Part shown: piece after piece, positions 23,865 through 36,649 of the stretch
How positions within the stretch are numbered: the first letter of the stretch is position 1
Layout of the letters: each line of letters begins with the position of its first letter
Assembly (NCBI GenBank): GCA_002269645.1
Contig: NIVC01001485.1
Location: 186,001-250,000 of the forward strand
DNA length: 64,000 nucleotides
Source of the DNA: Macrostomum lignano
Taxonomy: Eukaryota
Direction: 5' to 3'
Made by a program: the position numbers and the translations under genes
The notes under the pieces: generated by a model
What the model saw: only the letters and a program-made list of their open reading frames with translations
What the model was told of the DNA's origin: nothing
The model's database searches: none

Positions 23865-24835
23865 AGTGTCCCGCAGGCACTCATTTTAGCGCCGCAGGCA
23901 CTCATTTTAGCGCCGCAGGCACTCATTTTAGCGCCGCAGACACTCATTTTAGCGTCACAGGCACTCATTTTAGCGCCGCAGGCACTCATTTTAGCGCCGC
24001 AGGCACTCATTTTAGCGTCACAGGCACTCATTTTAGCTCCGCAGACACTCATTTTAGCGCCGAAGGCACTCATTTTAGCTCCACAGGCACTCATTTTACC
24101 GTCACAGGCACTCATTTTAGCTCCGCAGGCACTCATTTTAGCGCCGCAGGCACTCATTTTAGCTCCACAGGCACTCATTTTACCGTCACAGGCACTCATT
24201 TTAGCTCCACAGGCACTCATTTTACCGTCACAGGCACTCATTTTAGCTCCGCAGGCACTCATTTTAGCGCCGCAGGCACTCATTTTAGCGCCGAAGGCAC
24301 TCATTTTAGCGCCGCAGGCACTCATTTTAGCGCCGCAGGCACTCATTTTAGCTCCGCAGGCACTCATTTTAGCGCCGCAGGCACTCATTTTAGCGTCACA
24401 GGCACTCATTTTAGCGCCGCAGGCACTCATTTTAGCGCCGCAGGCACTCATTTTAGCTCCACAGGCACTCATTTTACCGTCACAGGCACTCATTTTAGCT
24501 CCGCAGGCACTCATTTTAGCGCCGCAGGCACTCATTTTAGCGCCGCAGACACTCATTTTAGCGCCGCAGGCACTCATTTTAGCGCCGCAGGCACTCATTT
24601 TAGCTCCGCAGGCACTCATTATAGCGCCGCAGGCACTCATTTTAGCGCCGCAGACACTCATTTTAGCCTCGCAGGCACTCATTATAGCGCCGCAGGCACT
24701 CATTTTAGCGCGGCAGGCACTCATTTTAGCTCCGCAGGCACTCGTTTTAGCGCCGCAGGCACTCATTTTAGCGCCGCAGGCACTCATTTTAGCTCCGCAG
24801 GCACTCATTTTAGCGCCGCAGGCACTCATTTTAGT
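23865..24835. repeat. Minisatellite, 21-bp unit GCAGGCACTCATTTTAGCGCC
   Basis: Tandem repetition; produces spurious MSACGAK/QALILAP ORFs. Confidence 0.95.
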
Positions 24836-27200
24836 CTGCTCTAAGGCTAACACCCGACCTCCCAGCGATTCAAGCCTGCGGCAGGATCTGCTGCATGAGT
24901 CTGAAATCGCAAATCTGCCTGCATGAAGTACACGCTGTGTTTGCTCGTCTTTGATTTCGTTCCGACGGGATCCCCTCCTCACCGAAGGCTGACCCCGAAG
25001 GGACTGGTGGCAGCACTACCTACGCAATCATGAATTGGCTTAATTCCGCTTAAAGCAGACGGATCGGGCAAAGAGCCCCCAGAACACTGTGCTAGCGCAG
25101 CTTGAGAAGCACATCCATAGGCACATCACTAGAAAAAAACTATAATTAGCAAGCTGGTAGAAAGTTTTAGCAGAAGTTTCAGAAAATTTGACTTCAGAAA
25201 GTTGTGATATTTTCGGCTTAGGTAGTAGGGCCTTTTTTATATAAGAAATTGAGAAGAATTATTTATATCCTCTCATTAGCTACACAGCTGCTCTAGCGCA
25301 TATATGCAAAAAATTTTTGAAGGTTGTTTATACATCAATGAAATAGATGAAAACATAGATGAAATATTTTTCATCAAATAAATCGAGAGTATTTCTGAAA
25401 AAAAATCGAGCTTGCCGATGTTTTTACATTTAACCGATATGTAACTACTATTTACGAAAAATAAACGATTAGCGAAAATTTCAAATGAATAGTTTCATTT
25501 AACAAATGATACGAGCTACAAATGAAAAGAGTCAGAAAAGAGCTCGCTAGTGTAGCTAAAATGTATGAAGTCATGAAAGCTAAAACATAGTTATGCAAAC
25601 TGAAACAGGTACATCAGCATGGTGTAAAAATCCGCTTTTCAGTTGTATCTTCATTTTATGTCATTTCTATTTTCTATTTAAATCGTCGTTAGTCGTTAGA
25701 CGTTAAAAGTTCATTTGAAGTTTAGGCCTTTTCATATTGCTTGTTCTACTGGTTCTAGAACCCGATCCAATATGTAAAGTATTACTTTATGTCTCCTAAA
25801 CTAGAGATATAAGTACTTTAAAGTTGTGATTATATTGAATGGTAATATCCAAGAAGAAAGTGAAAAATTGTGCAAAGTGAAGCTGTAATGCAGTCAAACA
25901 TTCAGCAAAGTTAAATAGTTATATACTGCTTTTTTTCCTTGGAAGATCGAATCGATTCTGGTTCTGGAATTGGTAATGTGAAAAGCCCCAGCTTGTATAT
26001 TCTGCTTTTTACGCTTTCAAATATCACGCGCTTTCAAATATTTTATCTTCACAAAAATCACCTATTATTGAGAGCAATCCTTATACTCGATATTGTTATT
26101 TTGACAGAATATCTTTAACTACCCTTTTTGAATCGCATTTTAGAAGAATTGTTTTGCATCAAGGTCATATATGGTATCGGTTTTTTATAATTACCTACTT
26201 AAAATCTTGTCGTTCTGTTGTTAGTCGTTAGTCGTTCAAAAAATACCGTAAAAATTCCAGGCGCTCTTTCAAATACCTTACTTATACAAATATCGTCTTC
26301 CAAGAGTCAGAAAAGAGCTTACTGGAGTAGCCAAAATTTACGATGCCATGTACAGCTAAAATTACTTGGAACATATAACATGTATATATATACATGTATA
26401 ACAGAGTATAACTGAGTCCGCTTCTTGTTCCCACCATCAAGTCCTTGAATGGTCCCATATATACTCGCAGAAAAGTATTGCCAACCGCATTGCTTTTAAT
26501 AAATGACTCATTTTGTCCATTTATTTTGCATGAATTTCTGTCCATCCATCACCTTTTTTATTATCTATTTGAATCGCCATTAAGTCGTTAGACGTTTAAA
26601 GCTGCCTGTTTTGCAGGCTTACAAATAATATACTTTTACAATAATCGCCAAATATTATGAGCAACCCCTATATACTCAATATTTTTCATTGACAGAATAA
26701 TGCTTAATTACCTATTTTAAATCGCATTTTGGATGAACCGTTTTTGCATCAAAGCCATACTGTAGCTACTTGTTTTTTATAACTCCCTACTTAAATACTT
26801 GTCGTTCTTTCGTTAGCTAGTCGTTATAGGTCGTCCGTAAATACCGCAAAAAACCCAGACGCTCTTTCAAATACCATATTTAATACAAATTTGTCAATAT
26901 ATGTGGTTAATACCAATATACTCATTTTTATCACTTACGGGATCAATTGAATTGCTAATTTGCTATACATCAAGTTCATACAAAGGCTCTTGTTTTTTTA
27001 ATTTCTTACTTAAATAATTTTTTGCCTCGTTTGTCGTTAAAGCTCGTTAGAAGTTTCGTAGAAAACTTTAGGCGCTCTTTCAAATACTATATTATTAAAA
27101 AACTCTTTTTCAGCGACCGTGAAAAATTTAACCTTTTGAATAAACACTAAATAAATCGGATCATACTGGCATAACAGGCTCCTTAAGCCTGAGCCAAATT

Positions 27201-27244
<44 letters not shown>

Positions 27245-27520
27245 GAAGTATTCATTGCTCAGGTTACTTCTTCTACTTTTGAATTTTTATTAAATACGCT
27301 GACGTATACTGGCCAAACGGGTTTCCTGCCTGAGCCAACTTACTTACTACTACTTATATCGTAACTCGTGTTCGTCATCATCGTATAAAAAATCAACCTT
27401 TTGAATAAATATCAAATACATCGAATCATATTGGCAAAATCGGCTCTTTGCCTGAGCCAAACTTACTACTAGGCTACGACACATTAAAATAAAATTTTAA
27501 TTTTAGTACTACATTGAGCA

Positions 27521-28537
27521 TTGAGCATTGCTACAAAAATATACTACGACAACCAAGAAATAGAGGAAGTAAATGAATTTAAATACCTGGGAATTATTTT
27601 TGAACCAAAAAACAGCTTTAAAAAATGTATTGAACACCAAACTAAGCAGGGATATACAGCCATGTTTTCCCTACTCCATAGGGTAAAGAATACGTCCCTA
27701 GACATCACACTCATTCGCAGACTATTTGACGCGCTTGTTACCCCCGTTATCACTTACGGTTGTGAGCTCTGGGGCCCTCTGGCTACCATGTCTGATACAA
27801 AAGCTATTGATAATATTCAGCTGAAATTCTACAAATATCTCCTCAATCTACCAAAATTTGCTAGCAACAGTGTGGTATCATCAGAACTTGAGCTTACTCC
27901 AATCTCTCAACGAATCGCTAAAACCTACCTCATCTACTGGCTGAAGATTAGACACAAAAAACTCTGCCAAACGACTCTAGAAATTTTCTACTCAAACACC
28001 GGCCAAAAAAATCCATGGAAAATGAATGTACTAAAGAAACTAGAAAGTATAGACCTAAAAGCACTAACTGAAGATAAACTTTCCCAAAGCTTTAATAACG
28101 AGAAATACCTAGTGAAAAAGCACCTCAAGATACACAGAGAAAGAGAACTTAGCCAAAAGCTAGAGAATCAGCAACATATTAAACTCTACAAAAACGCCTA
28201 TCTCTACAAAAAAATCTGCAGGCCCGACCTTTCAGATTTCTTTCCATGTACATTTAGAAACAAAAAATTCTTAACAACCCTCCTAAAACTGAAATGCGAG
28301 ATTACACCCAACTTTTTTTCTCAAGAACCATGTAAAATGTGTGGAGCGCGAAATGGTTCTGACATTCTACACTACTTGACCGAATGTCCACAAACTGAAG
28401 AGATCAGGAAAAAATACTTCTGTCAATACCTCTTAAATAGCAATCAAATACACAAGATAGGATATGCTACAAATGAAAAAAGAGTCAGAAAAGAGCTCAC
28501 TGGTGTAGCTAAAATATATGAAGTCATGAATAGCTAA
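27521..28537 (+). mobile_element. 5'-truncated LINE, 3' part of ORF2 (RT end, thumb, CCHC knuckle); RTEX/CR1-group-like
   Basis: EEVNEFKYLGIIF, LFDALVTPVITYGCELWG and CKMC...HYLTEC in a 338-aa open frame. Clade assignment is tentative. Confidence 0.75.
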
Positions 28538-31124
28538 AACAGTTAAACAAACTGAATCAGATACATCAGCAGTGTAACAAATCCGCTTTTCAGTTGTTTA
28601 TTCATTTACTGTCTTTTTTAATTTCCTATATTTAAATCGTCGTTATTCGTTAAACGTAAAATTCTTTCGAAGTATTGTTTATGTTCGTTTTTCACGCTTT
28701 GAAATATCAGGCGCTTTCAAAAATACTACATCTTTTTTTTTTTACAAACTCGCTTACCAAAGTAATCTCGCAATTAAAGCTATACCTCGTAATTTGTACT
28801 CATTTTTGTATTAATATTTATACTCGTTGTTAGTTGTTAGTCGTCACTTTTCGTCTAAAAATACCGTAAAAATTCTGGCGCGCTTTCAAATACTTTATCT
28901 TTTACAATAACTCAGCAAATCGTCGTCAAATCGTCTTTATAAACTTCTATATTCGAAAATTCCAAATACATAGCTCTATAATATATTGGCCAAACAGGCT
29001 AATTGCCTGAGCCAAATTCTCTTACTCATTGACGACAATAATGATGAAGACATGTAGTTATAATATCTGAATAGGCCTACTGATTGTTTTGACCAGACCA
29101 GACCCAACACAATACTACAAGACACGTGACTTAGTTCCAAAAAGCCCTAGCATCGAGCAAGTTAGAATGAAAATTCCAACTAATAATTGTATGATTATCA
29201 AAATTTACAAGAAAACTGTTGCTTCTAATTCTATGCCCATTGCCCAGTCTAGTTTGTAATGTAAGCATGGTTGAATACAGTGCAGTGGCGTACCAGGATT
29301 TCCTTCTGGGGGGGGGGGGTCACAGTCAGTCATAGGCTCATGCTCACTGCGGCAACCGGGGGCAGGGGGTGCTAGGCCTCTGTGACAGGGGAGGGGGCCT
29401 GAAAATTTGGCCTAGATCAGCCAGCTGGGGGGTGGGGTGGGTCATGATCCCCATGATCCCCCTTTTGCTTTTGGTCACACCCCTAGTTGAATAAAGCATT
29501 AGCATTAGGCTATAATTTAATATAGGCCTAGGGGCCTAGCAATAGGTCTATAGCTGGGGTATATAATATACTAGGTCTATGTGGGTGGCTACTAGGCCTA
29601 GCTAAAGTGTCAAGACTTAAGTTAAACTGCAAGGATATATCTGTATGTCATATTGTCACATTATTTTAAATTTTGTCATGGCCTCACCTAATGATATCAA
29701 GGCCTATACTATATGGCTAGGCCAGGGCCTAGCTGCCTAGGACTATTTGTTATATTTAGGCCTATACAAATGCTGTCCAATGGTATCTTAGTAGTCTAGG
29801 CAAATAGCATAAGCATAGGCATAGCTGTATTGCCTGTATATAGATAGGCCTATATGCCAATGTTAGCTATGCCTGACTTACTATTAATAATAGGCCATAT
29901 ATGGCTTATGCTCATAGCAAACAGCCTAGGCCTAGCCTAGGCTACCTATCTACATGTCATGTAGGCTGTAACATTTAATATAATAATAATATAGCCTTGA
30001 CTTTATACCATCTATATGATAGGCCTAATTTAATATTTTGGCCTATCCAACAAAATTTATAAAACAATTGAACATTTGACTATAGGCCCTTTATTTTTTA
30101 TGTGCAATTCCAGAATGTGCATATGCATCCTAAAATTTGAAATTGCACCTTAAAATTACCAAGTAGATAGATACAGTCTGTGATCTCATGATCTCATAAA
30201 CTATTTCTTAAGCAATATTTGCATTGCCTTAAAATAGGGCCTAGGTCTAAAAACAAGAAAAATTACATTTTGGGCCTTAAAATTGTGCCTTAAAAATTGG
30301 GCATAGGGTGTGATTTTGCACTTTGTCTTAGGAAAAGAATAAAACCTAAATGTCTCAGGGACATAATAGTCTCAGGGATTAGAATTCAGTGGGTTCTAAA
30401 TCAGCAGGTTTCAATAGCTTGTGCCTTTCTATAGCTTGCAAGAGTGGCTTGTTAAATCTGATAACTTTTCAAAACAAAAATGAAGAAAATTGGATGCTTA
30501 ACCCTTGAATATTGGGGAAAACAATTGTTTATTTATTATATCTGGGGTCCAATGAACCCCTCTGAGTTGATATATGTTAACAATGCTTTATTTATGTATA
30601 TTAAAAAGATAAAAATTTTAAATGGCAAACTTTTACATTATCTGATTTGATCTTCAGTTGTGCAGTTGCCTTCTATATCATAGTCTTGTAATGACATGTC
30701 AGAATGTTTGTTAATTCACACCCAATCCTAAGTCACAGAGAGGTATAGCTCCAGTATAGCTCCAGTAATCACTGATAGTCCTCTAAGATCTGTCAGGGTA
30801 GTCTTCTGGAGACTACAACCAATGGAGTCTTAAGAGACTCAATAGTATCAACCTGGCACAAATGAGTAAGGCTTACCACAAGAACTCAGTTGAGTCTCAA
30901 TTGACTTGGTCTGTAGGAAGTCCTTCTAAGGCTTCCTCTTTGGAGCTTCTCCTTCTGGAGGTTCGGTTGTTAGCTCCGGGTCTGCTTCGGACCACTTGTA
31001 TTTATAGGCAAATGGGCCCCTCGTGAGGTTGCTGGGTTCATTTTTTAAGTGTCAAAGGTTCACGCTTTAGTTGCTGTCAAGCATGACAGGGTAGAAAGTT
31101 AAGCCACTAGTCTAGTGTAAGCGC

Positions 31125-31295
31125 GCATGATTGGCTACCATAGCTGGGTTATTTTGGGTTATCTTTGATTGGTTCATCTGGTGCAGGCCAAATGATGAAT
31201 TGCAAATGGGGTCTTAAATTGGCAATTGTAGGTCACCTATGATTGGTCGGTTGATAAAAATAGCATGTTCGACTTTACTCTCTTGTGATTGGTTC
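31125..31295 (+). promoter_or_regulatory. Cluster of inverted CCAAT (NF-Y-type) boxes, candidate promoter of GID8 or the whole cluster
   Basis: ATTGG at 31130, 31168, 31218, 31242 and 31288, four in TGATTGGY context, about 550 bp upstream of the GID8 ATG. Confidence 0.4.
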
Positions 31296-31845
31296 ATTAA
31301 AATATTCTGTGATTCAGTACTTATTTTTATTGCTGATACTTAGTATGCTACTTAATAAAATGTATAAGTAGTATGTTAACAATTTTTATGACTACCGGAG
31401 GTAGAACACTCTACAGAAGGTAATAAAAATGGGTGGCGGGTCAAGGGTAGAGGTTCTGTGTGGAGTTTGAGGGTTTAAGCTTGGGGGGGGGGTAAGAGCC
31501 AATAAATGAGCCTTGTCTTTAAAAATACATTAAAATGCTTCAGTTTAACTTACTAAGCTTATGCACCACTGAAAGTAGCTTACACGCAAATGTGTTGAGT
31601 GACCCATCTAGTTATTCTAGTTTCTGTGGTCTGTGTTCAATTATAGCATTTTTGTTTTATTGCGTCAACTATATATATTCATAAGTCTGAAAAAATCCAG
31701 CTCAAACTAAAAAATCACATGCAATCTCTTACTTCATGATTAGTTGAGTGCCGATTTTTTACTGTTTGATCTTCATTCTCTTAAAGTCTATCCCAGTTGC
31801 CCAGCCAACCTACATTATCTGACACGTGTACATAGTCGTAACGCT

Positions 31846-34800
31846 ATGAGCTTCTCCAATATCATGGAGAACATCCTGCCAGCCATGGTATTCAGCGCTA
31901 GCGCTTTTCGTAGCGGCGCAGTTGGCGTCGTCTCTAGCGGCGCCTCGGCCGCCACCAGCGGTCGTAGCTACGATCGTCGGCATCCTGGTAGCGCCGGCAC
32001 TACCGGAGCTTCGGCGCCAGAAGAAGATTCAAAGCTTTGGTCGGAGTCGGTAGCTACGGCTCAACTCCTGCCGACTCAAGATTTGAATCGGCTAGTATTG
32101 GAGTACTTGGTGCACGAGGGGCACCTGGAGGCTGCCGAGACATTTTGCCGCGAGGCTGGTCTTGAACCGAACATTCTGCAGGTTGGTGCGGGGTCATTGG
32201 GTCACTGACTGAATGATCTGGGGTAGTGCAGGGTCATTGGGTCACTGACTGAATGATCTGGGGTAGTGCAGGGTCATTGGGTCACTGACTGAATGATCTG
32301 GGAAAGTGCAGAGTTAGTGGGTCACTGACTGAAGGATTTGGGAAAGAGCAGGGTCATTGGGTCACTGACTGAATGATCTGGGAAAGTGCAGGGTCATTGG
32401 GTCACTGACTGAATGATCTGGGGAAGTGCAGGGTCATTGGGTCACTGACTGAATGATCTGGGAAAGTGCAGAGTTAGTGGGTCACTGACTGAAGGATTTG
32501 GGAAAGTGCAGGGTCATTGGGTCACTGACTGAATGATCTGGGAAAGTGCAGGGTCATTGGGTCACTGACTGAATGATCTGGGGAAGTGCAGAGTTAGTGG
32601 GTCACTGACTGAATGATCTGGGGAAGTGCAGAGTTAGTGGGTCACTAACTGAATGATCTGGGAAAGTGCAGGGTCATTGGGTCACTGACTGAATGATCTG
32701 GGAAAGTGCAGGGTCATTGGGTCACTGACTGAATGATCTGGGAAAGTGCAGGGTCATTGGGTCACTGACTGAAGGATCTGGGGGAGTGCAGGGTCATTGG
32801 GTCACTGACTGAATGATCTGGGGTAGTGCAGGGTCATTGGGTCACTGATTGTTCACATCAATCAATCACTCAGGAGTCGGAGTCTGGCGAGGACAGCCAA
32901 CGCCGCGTGGCGATTCGATCAGCTGTGCAAGACGGTCGCATAGACGAAGCAATTGAGCTGATCAACGAGGCTAATCCGGAGCTGCTAGATCTTAATCAGA
33001 AGCTGCATTTTCATCTGCGCCGACAGCAGCTTGTTGAGCTGGTTCGCGAGGTGACAGAAGAGTTAAATCGGCTTAAATTGTTAAACCGAGTTTAATAGCT
33101 CAGTGTCTCCCAGGGATAGAAGAATTTCAGCACCGCATGCGTCCCTCTGAAGAATCGTAAATGCTTAAGCTGCTAAAGAAGAATCGATCGTAAAATCATG
33201 AACCGCCCCTTAAGAGCACCTTAAGAGCCTATTAGGAATCATAGAGTATCATTAAGAATTGTATTGTATTGAGCCGTGAAGAGCTTAGAAAGCTCTATTA
33301 CGCCTCGAAAAATCTTAGGGAGCCCCATTACACCCCGAAGAATCGTAGGGAGCCCCGTTTCACCCCGAAGAATCTTAGAGAGCCCCATTTCACCCCGAAA
33401 AATAGTAGAAAGCCATATTTAAAGCTTAAGATCAACATTTATGGCGAAAACCAACGCGTTTCAACCCACTAGGGCCGTCCTCAGGGTATATTTTATCACT
33501 GAACGAAACACTCAATATAAATAAGCAAACGATTGTACTATCTCAAGTGTCAAATTGAAAACGGGAGGGTAACCAATGTACGAAAAACATAAAAAAACTG
33601 GGGGTTGGAGTTAAGCGAGAATAATGGGAGAGAGAGAGAGAGAGAAGGCAAACAGATGTAAAAAAACAAAATGTACACGCAACAAAAAATAATCAAACTC
33701 AAAACACCCTAAAAAGGTGGCCCGCACCACTATGTAGCAACTGCACATTGAGACTGGGATTTTGAGCTTTGATGTGCAGCGCTTCAAGAATGCTAAGCTT
33801 GAATTCAGAGTTAGCACGGTCGATAATTTTAAACAATTCAATCTGTTCTCTGTCACAGCAGCCCTTGCATTCCAGAAGGTGGTCCTGGATAGCAGATTTT
33901 TTCAGCCAATGCTCCCTAACTCTGGTGTGCAGGTGTCTTTTGGTTTTTCCCACGTAAGAGATATTCTGATCTTCAGAACAACAAAATTTTTATAGACGAC
34001 ACCTGCAACTAGAGCACGAGGAACACGGGACTTGAGATTGCTGACAAATTGACACACCTTGGCAGTGCGAAAAACAATCCTAATCGGAGTGATGTACCAT
34101 TTCCGAAAAGATCTCTCAAGCTTCTTTTTCAACAAGATAGACGGGATACCATAGAACGGCAAGATCATCACGGGGTCATCCGGCTTTTTACTATGATTCT
34201 GTTGCAGTCTGCCAGTAACCTTATCAGTGACAAACTTGAAAATCAACCGACTAATGAGATTTTTTGGGTATCCGTTCATACTGAAAATCCTAGTCAAATT
34301 TGTCACCTCCTCATCAAACGCAGCCCAGGAACTACTCAGAGAGTAAGCTCTGTGCAGCATACAATGGATCAGGCCAATATTCCACTGTTTCGGACAGAGG
34401 GCATTGAAATTCAACAGTAAACCAGTAAACGTGGGCTTGCGATAAACCCGAGTAGAGACTTGGCCACTGCTCAGATCAACCTCAACATCGAGAAACGGAA
34501 GTTTTTTACCTCCCATCTCAACGGTGAATTGGATGTTGCTGTGGGTTGAATTCAGAGCCCGAAAAAACTCTTGGTACTTAGCCCGGTCATCAAAAATGAC
34601 AAAAGTGTCATCAACATAGCGCTTGTAGAAAGTTGGCGCACACTCAAGCGACATCCACTCCGTTTCCCAGTGCGGCATGCAAACATTGGCCAGAGTAGGA
34701 GCAAGCGGGCTTCCCATGGCACAACCATCAATCTGGCGATAATATTTGTCATCAAACATGAAGATGCCAGAGGTAGCGAAGCCTAACAACTTTTTGAACA

Positions 34801-36635
34801 CAGTCTTTGGTAACCCAGGCGGATTCATATTGTACACATGATCAGTGGCGAGATCAATAGCCAGCTTCAAAGGGACATTGGTAAAAAGCGAAGTCACGTC
34901 AAAACTGCAGAGAAAATCCTCACTTTTCGGACTGATTTGACTCAAGGCTTGAATGAACTGGCAATTAGAGTTGACGGAGAATTCCTTTGGTATGCATGGT
35001 TTGATCAGAGAATCCAAGTATCTGGCCAGTTCATACTCAGCAGTGTTAATCATAGACACAATCGGTCTCAGCGGTTTGTCAGGTTTGTGAACTTTGCAAA
35101 GGCCGTACAGCTGGCCAGGTTGGCTGCCATTCGGCATAATGCGCTTAAGAATCTCATTGCTAAGATGCTGCTTGGCATGGGTCCTCAAAAAAGTCTGAAG
35201 AGATCTCTCAGCCTTGAGAACAGGATGAGCCATAGTGAGTCAGTGACCTCACTCACAGTTCCAAGACACTGAAATTTAGCCTGATCCTGCACAATGCAAT
35301 TAAGCTTATTCTTGTAGTCATCACTATCCATGATAGCAACGCCGTAGCCTTTGTCATAGCCAACAACCTTGATATTGTCATTCCCTTTAAGCTGCTTCAG
35401 CGTCTGATGAAAAAGCCTGTTCTGCTTACTAGAAATGCTGTTCTGAGCCCTAGACACAAACTGGTCAAAGTCAACAATCAAACGATTCCTAAAATTGTCA
35501 TACAAAGCGGTGCGGGCCCCCATCCTGAGTACAAGAACGAGGAGTGCACTTACTAACCAAGGTCTCAAACTCAGCAGCAATGTGAAGTTTGTTCTCCCAT
35601 TATTCTCGCTTGACTCCAACCCCCAGTTTTTTATGTTTTTCGTACATTGGTTGCCCTCCCGTTTTCAATTTGACACTTGAGATAGTACAATCGTTTGCTT
35701 ATTTATATTGAGTGTTTCGTTCAGTGATAAAATATACCCTGAGGACGGCCCTGGTGGGTTGAGGCGCGTTGGTTTTCGCCATAAATGTTGATCTTAAGCT
35801 TTATTTATTTGCTATTAATTAAGCGGGCAACTCTACCAAAGCCATATTTAGCCCCAAATGATCGTAGAGAGCCCCATTTAGCCCTTACACAAGCGTAGAG
35901 AGCCCTATTTAGCCCTTACACAAGCGTAGAGAGCCCCATTTAGCCCCCACAGAATCGTAGGGAGCCACATTTAGCCCAAAGAATCGTAGAGAGCCCCATT
36001 TAGCCCTTACACAAGCGTAGAGAGCCCCATTTAGCCCCCACAGAATCGTAGGGAGCCCCATTTAGCCCCCACAGAATCGTAGGGAGCCACATTTAGCCCA
36101 AAGAATCGTAGGGAGCCCCATTTCACCCCATAGAATCGTAGGGAGCCTACTTTTGCCTTAAAGAATTGTAGAGGGCCTCAGTTGGGGCACTTAATAAACT
36201 AATCGTCGTCCGCCACGAACGAAACCTCAGGGCCGCCTATGCCAGGCGCTCCAATTTGCCCAGTCCAGTTTGGCCAGCCTGGCCGAGACCCAGCCTGATA
36301 GTTGCCTGTCCGACTTAGAAGAATGCATGGCCTTGCTGGCGTTCGAGCGTCCGGCTGAATCGGCCAGTTTCGGTCGCTGGCTATCGTTAAGCCATCGGGC
36401 TAAGCTGGCTAGCGAAGTCAACGCTGCTCTGTTAGAAGCTACAGCGGACGACGAAGGCGGCGAATCATCGACAGTCGATCGGGACAGCTGCGGCGACGGA
36501 CTGGACTATCAGCTCAGACTGCTGCTCTGGAGTCAGGATCGGCTCACGGCCGCTGGCGTTTCTTATCCGCGAATAGTTGACGTAGAAACTGCCAGGTACT
36601 CGGAGCAGCCGCAGCAGCGCGATTCGGCCACCTAA
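31846..36635 (+). CDS. GID8: GID8/TWA1-like CTLH E3 ligase subunit (LisH-CTLH-CRA), about 305 aa, 3 exons
   Basis: Exons 31846-32181, 32874-33050, 36231-36635, all phase 0 and GT-AG. LisH LNRLVLEYLVHEGHLEAAETF, CTLH IRSAVQDGRIDEAIELIN..PELL, CRA LEECMALLAF..P...KLASEVNAALL. Confidence 0.85.
32185..32850. repeat. Minisatellite, 40-bp unit GGGTCATTGGGTCACTGACTGAATGATCTGGGAAAGTGCA, filling GID8 intron 1
   Basis: Starts within about 10 nt of the donor and ends about 25 nt before the acceptor. Confidence 0.95.
33270..33420. repeat. About 30-bp AAGAATCGTAGGGAGCCCCATTTCACCCC family, left of the Penelope element
   Basis: Same family resumes at 35840-36170 and 37780-38365. Confidence 0.85.
33447..33490 (-). 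ncRNA. Minimal hammerhead ribozyme motif in Penelope 3' pLTR (intact core)
   Basis: CUGAGGA-c-GGCCC(uagu)GGGUU-GAAA-cgcg-UU with palindromic AACGCGUU stem III. Minimal hammerheads in PLE pLTRs are established. Confidence 0.7.
35731..35775 (+). ncRNA. Mutated hammerhead motif in inverted pLTR copy (GAAA changed to GAGG)
   Basis: CTGAGGACGGCCCTGGTGGGTTGAGGCGCGTT; core adenines changed at 35763-35764. Confidence 0.6.
35840..36170. repeat. About 29-30-bp AGAATCGTAGGGAGCCCCATTTAGCCCC array, right of the Penelope element
   Basis: Tandem repetition. Confidence 0.9.
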
Positions 36636-36649
36636 AACTGGGTATTTTA

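Larger units (their letters stand above)
33421..35802 (-). mobile_element. Penelope-like retroelement (RT + GIY-YIG endonuclease), 5'-truncated, frameshifted, with inverted pLTRs; antisense in GID8 intron 2
   Basis: RT motifs GLCKVHK...PLRPIVS, SFDVTSLFTNVP, GCAMGSPLAP, RYVDD, LPFLDV, VYRKPT (33902-35233). GIY-YIG half GKTKRHLHTRVREH...LEALHI...PSLN (33699-33953). About 210-bp inverted repeats at 33421-33630 and 35594-35802. AAAGCCATATTTA occurs on both sides as a possible target duplication. Confidence 0.92.

Noticed and set aside
24850-25020. Minus-strand frame with one in-frame TGA (SLR*GGDPVG) as a possible selenoprotein exon
   Set aside because: No match to selenoprotein motifs I know, weak splice sites, and no SECIS identified.
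29280-30000. Possible DNA-transposon end (CAGTGGCGTA) and TAGGCC-rich tract
   Set aside because: No matching opposite terminus or clear unit found; left as unclassified degenerate repeat.
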